Positions 18,207-24,799 are shown, numbered from the stretch's first letter. The stretch: DNA of 32,480 nucleotides from an uncultured virus (IMG/VR IMGVR_UViG_3300025471_000688) (IMGVR_UViG_3300025471_000688); one strand, 5' to 3'. The notes: generated by a model from the letters alone, not told the origin. Numbers and translations: made by a program.

Positions 18207-18684
18207 ACTGAACTGCCCGGTGAGCATCTTGCAAAGTCGATCTCACCTCCCGCATCAGTACTTCCCACACCTTGCGTTCATCGGTTAGAGCAGCAACCTC
18301 CGGCGCGACTCGATTGGGCAATGCCATCAGTGGTTCCTTGATCGCCACGAGGATCGCCTCGACCCGCTGGCGGAACAGATCCGTCTCCATCAGCTTGCCC
18401 ATCTTCTGGTCGTATTCGATCTTGCGGAGCCGGGCCTTGAACACCATGTCGGCGGTTCTGGCCTGGGCAAAGGTGGTCCCCGTGGGAGCGGTTTCGACCG
18501 GCGCGGCGGCCACGCGTTCGGAAACGGGCTCGGGCCGGTCGTCGAGCACGGCGTCCGAGGCGGCCGCGTCCACCTTGCCGCCGCGCATCACCAGCACTCC
18601 GGCTTTGGCCAGCCGGCTGATGTACTGGCGGCTCTTGGCGCGGTGCCGCGCGTACTCGGCCTGGGTCATCAGCCTATCCGACAT
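18196..18684 (-). CDS. terS: Terminase small subunit (Nu1-like, 162 aa)
   Basis: N-terminal HTH (MTQAEYARHRAKSRQYISRL), coiled-coil, LMALPNRVAP segment; overlaps the terL start. Confidence 0.85.
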   Translation of the reverse strand: MSDRLMTQAEYARHRAKSRQYISRLAKAGVLVMRGGKVDAAASDAVLDDRPEPVSERVAAAPVETAPTGTTFAQARTADMVFKARLRKIEYDQKMGKLMETDLFRQRVEAILVAIKEPLMALPNRVAPEVAALTDERKVWEVLMREVRSTLQDAHRAVQYAR

Positions 18685-18774
18685 AGCGGCCCCTATCTGT
18701 TTGAAACGTCGCGAGATTCAGATGTTTGATTCCGCTTGATTCGACCGCGCCCCCGAGCGATGAATGGGGTCGCT

Positions 18775-18948
18775 ATGAAGAACACGGACAACAACGCCAC
18801 TACCGCCACCCAGATGGCCGAGACCTGGGCCAGGCTCGCTAGCGAATTCCCCTTCGACAAGTTCGCCGACCGCAAGACCGCAGTTGATTTGCTCTGGCAA
18901 GCGGTCGAGGCACTGACGCAAGCCACCACACGCCGGCAGGAGGACTGA
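18775..18948 (+). CDS. Small protein (57 aa), truncated paralog of the N-terminus of the downstream DUF3489 protein
   Basis: PFDKFADRKTAVDLLWQAVEAL aligns with PFDDLKPVKKFTDRKTAVARVWKAIQRL. Confidence 0.55.
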   Translation: MKNTDNNATTATQMAETWARLASEFPFDKFADRKTAVDLLWQAVEALTQATTRRQED

Positions 18949-18952
18949 CGCC

Positions 18953-19186
18953 ATGGCCATCGCGCGAGAAGAACTCATCGCCTGGGCCACGCGGAACGGC
19001 TGGAAGCTCGACCGCTGGGGCCATCTCAAAAAGGAATTCGACAACGGCACGCACCGGCTGAAGCTGAGCCGCATCGCCGTCCGGCACGAACTCGCTACCC
19101 CATTCGGGTGGGCGAGAGTTTCGAGCGGCTATTACAAGAACCTGCAACTCACCGCCGACGATCAACTCGCCGGCATGACCCGATAG
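18953..19186 (+). CDS. Hypothetical protein (77 aa)
   Basis: Strong AGGAGG SD, GC3-rich codon usage, tightly packed between two plus-strand genes. Confidence 0.75.
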   Translation: MAIAREELIAWATRNGWKLDRWGHLKKEFDNGTHRLKLSRIAVRHELATPFGWARVSSGYYKNLQLTADDQLAGMTR

Positions 19187-19200
19187 AAAGGAACCTCACC

Positions 19201-19755
19201 ATGACGACGTTTGCCATCGACACCGACAACACCATCACCGCCTACCTCGCCGGAGAGACGATCCCCGAGGGTCAGGCGCGATTCAGCACGGAAAAGGAAC
19301 TCGCCAAACTCGCCGCCAATTGGCCCGCCGACCGCCTGGTCCAGATCTGGAACAGCTTCGCCGGCGTGGCTCCCTTCGACGATCTGAAACCGGTGAAGAA
19401 GTTCACCGACCGCAAGACGGCCGTCGCCCGCGTCTGGAAGGCCATCCAGCGACTGGACGCCGCCCCCGCCGCGCCACAGGCGGCCGGCGTTGCGCCGAAG
19501 GCCAAGAGGCCGGGCAAGGCTCCCAAGGCCGAGGACGCCGCGCCCACGGCGCGCGAGGGCTCGAAGAAGGCCATCGTGCTCGAGATGCTGCGCCGCGCCG
19601 AGGGCGCCACGCTCGCCGACATCCAATCCGCAACGGGCTGGCAGCCTCACAGCGTGAGGGGCTTTATCTCCGGCGCGCTCGGCAAGAAGATGGGGCTCAC
19701 CGTCGAGTCCTTCAAAACGCCCGAGGGCGCCCGGGCGTATCGCATCGCGCAGTAG
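19201..19755 (+). CDS. DUF3489 domain (winged-helix) protein (184 aa)
   Basis: REGSKKAIVLEMLRRAEGATLADIQSATGWQPHSVRGFISGALGKKMGL...YRI signature; AAAGGA SD before ATG 19201. Confidence 0.9.
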   Translation: MTTFAIDTDNTITAYLAGETIPEGQARFSTEKELAKLAANWPADRLVQIWNSFAGVAPFDDLKPVKKFTDRKTAVARVWKAIQRLDAAPAAPQAAGVAPKAKRPGKAPKAEDAAPTAREGSKKAIVLEMLRRAEGATLADIQSATGWQPHSVRGFISGALGKKMGLTVESFKTPEGARAYRIAQ

Positions 19756-19765
19756 GACGCCCACC

Positions 19766-19951
19766 ATGATGATCGAGTTCGGAGACCACGGCGAGGAGGA
19801 GCAGCGGCTCCTCCTCCGCTACTTGGAGGCTGCCAAGTCGCAGGCGCCTGCCATCCACACGCCGAAACCAGGTTGCCTCTGGCTCCTGATCGGCCGCCTC
19901 TATGCCGCCTACCTGCGCTGGCGCTACCGGACCGCACGGCAAAGGTTGTGA
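19766..19951 (+). CDS. Hypothetical protein (61 aa)
   Basis: Starts 10 bp after the DUF3489 stop with an AGGA SD; ends inside the 36-bp palindrome. Confidence 0.45.
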   Translation: MMIEFGDHGEEEQRLLLRYLEAAKSQAPAIHTPKPGCLWLLIGRLYAAYLRWRYRTARQRL

Positions 19952-19973
19952 CCGCGCGGTCACAACCTTTGCC
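19938..19973. repeat. Perfect 36-bp palindrome between convergent genes
   Basis: GGCAAAGGTTGTGACCGC|GCGGTCACAACCTTTGCC, no spacer, no mismatch. Confidence 0.95.
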
Positions 19974-19979
19974 CGATGA

Positions 19980-20264
19980 TCATTCGGGCTCCGTGGATAA
20001 CCCCGGCGCCCGCGCCCGGACGTGCGACCGGATCTCCTCGGCGATCGAATCCAGCCGCATGCGCAGTTTATCTTCCCGCAGCCGGCATTCGGCCGAGCGC
20101 ACGTACAGGCCGTTCAATCTGGAAATGATTCGGTTCTCCTGCTCGGCCAGCTCCTTGCGCACCTCCGCCAGCAGAGCCCGGTTCTGCAGCCCGACATAGG
20201 CCCCGATCAGGCCGGAGATCAGCCCCGTCGCCGGAATCAGAAACTGAAAGAATTGCTCGTTCAC
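19980..20264 (-). CDS. Single-TM plus coiled-coil protein (94 aa), possibly lysis-related
   Basis: GTG start; hydrophobic FFQFLIPATGLISGLIGAYVGL followed by a heptad-like charged helix; GAGG SD. Confidence 0.65.
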   Translation of the reverse strand: MNEQFFQFLIPATGLISGLIGAYVGLQNRALLAEVRKELAEQENRIISRLNGLYVRSAECRLREDKLRMRLDSIAEEIRSHVRARAPGLSTEPE

Positions 20265-20430
20265 GTTCGGCCTCGAGTAATCTGAGCTCGCCGTTCCAAT
20301 CGTGCAGCGCCAGGCACAGGCCGGCGACGTCCGGGTGCCCAGCAAGGATCTGCCGTTTGATCTCCGCAATCTCCTGGCGGCATCGCTCGATCTCACGCTC
20401 GAGCGTGCACTCGTTCGTCGCGGATTTCAT
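20068..20430 (-). CDS. Hypothetical helical protein; only the N-terminal ~55 aa look coding
   Basis: LEREIERCRQEIAEIKRQILAGHPDVAGLCLALHDWNGELRLLEAE fills the gap 20265-20392; the remainder overlaps the next gene. Confidence 0.45.
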   Translation of the reverse strand: MKSATNECTLEREIERCRQEIAEIKRQILAGHPDVAGLCLALHDWNGELRLLEAERERAILSVSDSGDGADLRPDRGLCRAAEPGSAGGGAQGAGRAGEPNHFQIERPVRALGRMPAAGR

Positions 20431-21766
20431 CGCAACTGCGTCCATCGCCTTCCAGCGTCGCTGCCTTTCCGGCATACTCCTGCCAGCGGCGGATGATCAC
20501 ATCGCAGTAGGGTGGATCGATCTCCATCAGGCGCGCCCGGCGCCCGAGCTTCTCACAGGCGATCAGCGTCGAGCCCGAGCCACCGAACAGATCCAGCACC
20601 GTCTCACCCGCTTTCGAGGAATACGTCAACGCCCGCACGGCCAGCTCCACCGGCTTCTCGGTCAGATGCACCATGGCGTTCGGACTGACCTTCTTCACGC
20701 TCCACACATCCGTCGCGTTCGTGATCTCCGGGTTGAACCAGTGCGCCGCGCCCTCGCGCCAGCCATAGAAACACCATTCATGGTTGCCCATGAAATCCTT
20801 GCGGGTGAGCACCGGGTGTTCCTTCACCCAGATGATCGCCTGCGAGAAGTACAGGCCGCATTCGGCGAGCGCCGGCGGATAATTGGCGCAGTTGGCATAG
20901 CCGCCCCAGATGTAGAAGGCTCCACCCGGCTTGAGCGCCCCCGCCAAATTGCCGAACCACTTTCTGAGGAGGACGTCGTAATCGCCGTCCTTCATGAAGT
21001 CGTTGGCGAGCGCGCGGTCCTTCGGCCGCATCTTCTTCGTGGTGGCCTTGGCCTTGGATGCGCCCCGGTGAACGTCGAAGCTCTGGTGATGTTGCAGGCC
21101 CGCAAACGACGACAACCCGGCGGCAATGGCGTTGTTGGAGCGCGGCTCGACGCGCACGTTGTAAGGCGGATCGGTGTTGACCAGATCGATGGGCGCGCCT
21201 TCCACCAGGCGCTGAACATCTTCGCCGTTCGCCGAATCCCCGCACAGCAGCCGGTGGTTGCCCAGAATCCACAGGTCGCCGCGGCGAGTGACCGGCTCCT
21301 CGAGCGGCTCGGGCACGGCGTCTTCCTCGGCGAGGCCCGCCTGCGAGTCGGGCTCCTGGGCCAACCAGGCGTTGAGCTCCTCGTCGGGGAATCCGAGCAC
21401 GTCCAGGTTGAACTCGTCCTGGCGCAGATCGACGAGCAACCCGCGCAGGAGTTCTTCATCCCATCCCGTGCCCGCCAGGGCGAGCTGGTTGTCGGCGATC
21501 ACCAGCGCCCGCCGCTGCGCCTCGGTCAGGTGATCGAGCACGATCACCGGCACTTCGTTCATGCCCAGCTTGCGCGCCGCCTGAAGCCGCGCGTGCCCGG
21601 CGATGACCACGCCATCCGCGCCCACGAGGACTGGATTCGTCCAGCCGAACTCGACGATCGAAGCCGCAATCTGAGCGACCTGCTCCTCGGTATGCGTGCG
21701 CGGATTGCGAGCGAAGGGGACCAGCCGTTCGATGGGCCAGCGCTCGACCTGGATATCGGTCTTCAC
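20393..21766 (-). CDS. ParB-N domain fused to N6A/N4C DNA methyltransferase (beta-class motif order, 457 aa)
   Basis: ParB-like NPRTH...FGWTNPVLV...IAGHARL; catalytic TDPPYN precedes HLTEKP and the SAM-binding LDLFGGSGST. Confidence 0.92.
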   Translation of the reverse strand: MKTDIQVERWPIERLVPFARNPRTHTEEQVAQIAASIVEFGWTNPVLVGADGVVIAGHARLQAARKLGMNEVPVIVLDHLTEAQRRALVIADNQLALAGTGWDEELLRGLLVDLRQDEFNLDVLGFPDEELNAWLAQEPDSQAGLAEEDAVPEPLEEPVTRRGDLWILGNHRLLCGDSANGEDVQRLVEGAPIDLVNTDPPYNVRVEPRSNNAIAAGLSSFAGLQHHQSFDVHRGASKAKATTKKMRPKDRALANDFMKDGDYDVLLRKWFGNLAGALKPGGAFYIWGGYANCANYPPALAECGLYFSQAIIWVKEHPVLTRKDFMGNHEWCFYGWREGAAHWFNPEITNATDVWSVKKVSPNAMVHLTEKPVELAVRALTYSSKAGETVLDLFGGSGSTLIACEKLGRRARLMEIDPPYCDVIIRRWQEYAGKAATLEGDGRSCDEIRDERVHARA

Positions 21767-22032
21767 TTCTTGATGTAGGGCGCCTTGGCCGGCGTGCCAT
21801 CCGGGTTGGCGAAGTGCGCGAGCACGGCAGCCACGCCCTGTACGGCGGACAGCCCGACCATGGCCCAGAACTTCCCGCGCCCGGGCAGCAGGTCAATGGT
21901 GGCATTCAGGCCTTGCGCCACCAGCGCCAGCATCTGAATCGCAACGTTGACAGAGAACTTCATCTTTGTGAGCTCCTGGAATTGGTGAATGAGCGGCCGT
22001 AGCCGCCACCAGATCCGCAGTTCGCGAATCAT
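21763..22032 (-). CDS. Holin-like membrane protein with two hydrophobic segments (89 aa; alternative start 21963)
   Basis: VNVAIQMLALVAQGL and FWAMVGLSAVQGVAAVLAHF segments, NP turn, basic C-terminus. Confidence 0.55.
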   Translation of the reverse strand: MIRELRIWWRLRPLIHQFQELTKMKFSVNVAIQMLALVAQGLNATIDLLPGRGKFWAMVGLSAVQGVAAVLAHFANPDGTPAKAPYIKK

Positions 22033-22042
22033 CGATTGTTCG

Positions 22043-22084
22043 AAAAGAGGGGCGGCCCCGCGATGAGGTGCGCAACCGCCCCTT
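22043..22084 (-). terminator. Intrinsic terminator after the 145-aa orphan gene
   Basis: Minus strand AGGGGCGG...CCGCCCCT stem (22083-22076 with 22055-22048) followed by CTTTT. Confidence 0.65.
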
Positions 22085-22105
22085 CATGCGCCTGGAGGAG
22101 AAAGA

Positions 22106-22543
22106 CTACTTGCGGTTGGCGAGCGCGTCGGCAACGGCCGCGGCAACCACCGCGCCGATCGCTTTCAGCGATACGTCGTCAATCGAAACCGCCCGCGCGG
22201 TCAGCGTATCGCCCGCGCCCTGCTGGATGGGATTCCACTGGCCGTCGATGGCGATGTCGCCGTGGCGCACGGCCTGCTTCGAAACCAGGTTCGCCGTCTC
22301 GACGGCGTTCTGGAGCGCCTGCGAGGCGATCTGGTTCAACCGCGTCTGCTCGACGAGTGCCTGGCGCGCGGCCTGGATGTCAAGGTCCTGGTAGACATCG
22401 TAGGTGCGCTTGATGTTGGCGAACGTCACGCGCTGATTTTCGCTGTGGGCTGCGCCAGCGGTAGCGCTCGTGTTCTTGAACGATTCGTCCGTCCCGGTCT
22501 CGAACTCGCGTTCGGCCTGGTTCGGCGTGGCAACTTCAGGCAT
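22106..22543 (-). CDS. Hypothetical Ala/Gln-rich helical protein (145 aa), first gene after cos
   Basis: AAGGGAG SD, strongly GC3-biased codons, own terminator; function unknown. Confidence 0.85.
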   Translation of the reverse strand: MPEVATPNQAEREFETGTDESFKNTSATAGAAHSENQRVTFANIKRTYDVYQDLDIQAARQALVEQTRLNQIASQALQNAVETANLVSKQAVRHGDIAIDGQWNPIQQGAGDTLTARAVSIDDVSLKAIGAVVAAAVADALANRK

Positions 22544-22649
22544 GGTGGTAATCTCCCTTCGAAGGTTGGTTTTGGATCAGAAAGGTTGGCCAGTTACGGT
22601 GTGGACGGGTTGAACGCTCATCGCCGGCGGCAGGTTCTCGGTCGTGGCA

Positions 22650-22811
22650 CCCTGTCAACCACGGCGAACAGACCGGGTGACGGCTCAACAGATTCCGTAA
22701 CAACCACTTGCATCAACCCGCGTCAACTCGCGTCAACCTGGTTTTTGACCCTGGCGGTAGCCGCAGCGTGCAATCGGTCTACCCGCCGCCGCGCGGCCGT
22801 TCCGAGGACCC
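22650..22811 (-). promoter_or_regulatory. Putative lambda-like cos (packaging) region
   Basis: GGGTCCT (22811-22805) identical to lambda cosQ; downstream GC-rich cosN-like stretch; phased GTTGA(C/T)GC repeats; IHF-like TAACAACCACTTG (22698-22710); GpA-type terminase in the same operon. Confidence 0.6.
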
Positions 22812-22981
22812 GACGGAGATCGGATTGCAGCCTCATCGGCCACGAGATCATCGGCATCGCCCGTCGCGCCGCAAGCCAGGCATCGGAACCGCTCGCCGGC
22901 ATCGTGGTAGCCAGTCTGCGGGCAGATGCCGAAGTCGTACTCCTCCATGATTATTTCGAGACTGCCGCATTCGGGACACAT
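22733..22981 (-). CDS. Small Zn-ribbon protein (82 aa)
   Basis: MCPECGS...RFRCLACG (two CxxC pairs); GGAG SD before ATG 22981; C-terminal part runs through the cos region. Confidence 0.6.
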   Translation of the reverse strand: MCPECGSLEIIMEEYDFGICPQTGYHDAGERFRCLACGATGDADDLVADEAAIRSPSGPRNGRAAAGRPIARCGYRQGQKPG

Positions 22982-23086
22982 CGGAGATCTCCAGGCCGGT
23001 GCGGAACTCTCAGTTTGAGGAACGCGCCACGCGCCTTGGCGACGTAGCGAGCTCCGATCTGTCTCTTGCGCCGCCTCACGTAAGTC

Positions 23087-23113
23087 CGCATCTACGGAAT
23101 TTCCGTAGATGCG
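23087..23113. repeat. 27-bp palindrome (13-bp perfect arms, 1-nt centre)
   Basis: CGCATCTACGGAA-T-TTCCGTAGATGCG, intergenic. Confidence 0.9.
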
Positions 23114-23139
23114 CCGCCGCTCCGCCAGTCGGGTGCATC

Positions 23140-23466
23140 TCAGACCCCCTGCGTCGCCAGGAACGTATGCCGGCTTGCTCCCTTCCGTCGGCCCATGCCC
23201 AGCAACACGTGCGGCGTCACCATTGGCAAGTTCGCCAGTTCCGTGAGCTGCGCCATGCCGGTGTGAGCCGCGCGCTCGTACCAGTAGCGGGTCGTATCCA
23301 CCGACTTCCGCGCGGAGGCGTGCCGGTGGTCCGACGGGATGAATCGAATCGAGATGCCCGGCTCCACCCACTCGGCTCGCCCCTGAGCCACAAAGCGCTT
23401 GGCGCGGTTCTTCGAAGTGAATCCACACCCGGCGACCGGGTTCTCAATGCGGATGGTTTTGCGCAT
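23140..23466 (-). CDS. Small basic hypothetical protein (108 aa) with PLMP/RRXRR-like N-terminus
   Basis: TIRIENPVAGCGFTSKNRAKRFVAQGRAEWVEPGISIRF resembles the strand-helix-strand pattern of RRXRR/PLMP domains; by-eye similarity only. Confidence 0.6.
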   Translation of the reverse strand: MRKTIRIENPVAGCGFTSKNRAKRFVAQGRAEWVEPGISIRFIPSDHRHASARKSVDTTRYWYERAAHTGMAQLTELANLPMVTPHVLLGMGRRKGASRHTFLATQGV

Positions 23467-23594
23467 GGTTCTGGTGCAATGCCCAGGTGGGATTGCGGGT
23501 ATGCCCGCAAGCGAGATCGGAACGCGCCGCAGTCAATCGCCGGTGCGTCAGCGAGCCGGAGGCGGTTCAATGCTTCGTATCATCCGGCCCGTTT

Positions 23595-24062
23595 CTATTT
23601 TGTGTGAGAGCAAGCGGTCGAACAAGACTTCCGAAGATTTTCCGTAAGCGCCGCATTGTGAATCCGTTGCAGGCAATCGGAGAGGTTCACACAGATAAAT
23701 GGCCGGAAAAGGTTTGAAACAAGTTCGCAGGTTTTGTTTGGAGAGTCGGCGAACTGGACGCGGCGTCCATCCGTGAGCAGGAACACTTGCCGGTGACCAG
23801 CAATCTCCGCGACCCCATAGTCGACCGTGATCCGCCGCAACTCGGCAGCCACCCGTCGCAGCCGCTGAAAAGACAGCCCGCGGTGGCGCAGTTCCGCGCA
23901 CACGACCACGAACAGCGCTTGGGTGGCGTCGTAGATCCGGACGCGGCCGCGCCGCGAGGCGACCGCAACCCGTTTCTCTTCCCAGATCTGAAGTTGCCGG
24001 AGACTCACCTCAGCGATTCTGGCGACGTCAGCCGTCCTGAATACGAGCTCGCGCGCAGCCAT
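23595..24062 (-). CDS. MerR-family HTH transcriptional regulator (155 aa)
   Basis: FRTADVARIAEVSLRQLQIWEEKRV...RIYD...ELRHRGLSFQRL MerR pattern; TGATG coupling at 24062. Confidence 0.8.
   Translation of the reverse strand: MAARELVFRTADVARIAEVSLRQLQIWEEKRVAVASRRGRVRIYDATQALFVVVCAELRHRGLSFQRLRRVAAELRRITVDYGVAEIAGHRQVFLLTDGRRVQFADSPNKTCELVSNLFRPFICVNLSDCLQRIHNAALTENLRKSCSTACSHTK
23597..23625 (-). promoter_or_regulatory. Candidate late promoter
   Basis: TTGTTC (23625-23620), 17 bp, CAAAAT (23602-23597) in a locally AT-rich patch at the end of the MerR-like gene. Confidence 0.4.
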
Positions 24063-24349
24063 CACAGGTCCACCTCCGTCAAGAGCGATTTCACGTCCGC
24101 GACGCTGCTGACCACAGCCACAACCGCCCCGGCGCGCCGCCACTCCTCGATCCGCTTCAACTGCAACGGCGTTGGCCTCTCGCCCGGGCGCTTCACCTCG
24201 AGCTGCACGCTGCGGCCGCGGATGCAGGCGTCGATGTCCGGATCGCCTGCCACGCCCATGCCACCGCCCCAACGCTTGCGCGCCAGGCAGCAGGGAAGAC
24301 TGTTCAAGTAGGTCAGGATGGCCTTCACGATCGACCGCTCCGTGGTCAT
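24062..24349 (-). CDS. VRR-NUC domain nuclease (95 aa)
   Basis: E...GDPD...LEVKRPG...TPLQ PD-(D/E)xK motif; ATGA coupling at 24349. Confidence 0.88.
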   Translation of the reverse strand: MTTERSIVKAILTYLNSLPCCLARKRWGGGMGVAGDPDIDACIRGRSVQLEVKRPGERPTPLQLKRIEEWRRAGAVVAVVSSVADVKSLLTEVDL

Positions 24350-24789
24350 GCCCGCCACCTCTGGACTGGCGCGTAGTCCACAGCTTCCGCGGCCTTCTTC
24401 AGGCGTTCCCGGCGATACTCTTCGCAGATCCGGGCTACCTGACGCCGCCGCCACTCCTCTGGGCTGATCCATTCCAGGCCCTCGTCGTTGATGACCAGCG
24501 GCATCGAGTCCATCCGCAGCACACGCGCCGCCCAGCGCAGTTCGTCGAGATTCGTCCGCAGCGGATAGGCAAGGGCGTGCTGGCCCAGCGGCAGGCGGAT
24601 GATGCGGATGCCGGCGCGGTTCATGAAGTCCTGCGCCCGGCGCACGTCGATCAACTCCTGCTTGTGCTCACGGACGAGCTGCTTGATCTCTTCCGGCGCG
24701 CCTTTGTCGATGCGCAGCTTGCCCTCTTCGTCCAGCCAGACGGACACCCCGGCCTCCATCAGACGGTCCAGGACGGCCTCAATGTCCAT
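24346..24789 (-). CDS. Hypothetical protein with TubC-N-like N-terminus (147 aa)
   Basis: LDRLMEAGVSVWLDEEGKLRI...LVREHKQELI pattern; GGAGG SD before ATG 24789. Confidence 0.7.
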   Translation of the reverse strand: MDIEAVLDRLMEAGVSVWLDEEGKLRIDKGAPEEIKQLVREHKQELIDVRRAQDFMNRAGIRIIRLPLGQHALAYPLRTNLDELRWAARVLRMDSMPLVINDEGLEWISPEEWRRRQVARICEEYRRERLKKAAEAVDYAPVQRWRA

Positions 24790-24799
24790 GGCGCCTCCG

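Noticed and set aside
472..18341. Long plus-strand ORFs (472-1902, 7052-8695, 9446-10906, 14363-16012, 16638-18341 and similar)
   Set aside because: Antisense shadows of GC3-rich minus-strand genes; Arg/Gly/Val-rich translations with no motifs or SD.
337..18684. Gene transfer agent or tailocin interpretation
   Set aside because: Own replication module with origin, cos-type terminase and a long tape measure indicate a genuine phage genome.
22676..22683. Single GGTGACGG copy in the cos region
   Set aside because: The same octamer occurs singly inside coding regions (near 3762 and 26673); compatible with chance in GC-rich DNA.
22951..23091. 46-aa Arg-rich minus-strand ORF (MRTYVRRRKRQ...) as a lambda N-like peptide
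   Set aside because: Start codon lies inside the 27-bp palindrome, no SD, overlaps the Zn-ribbon gene; not enough support.
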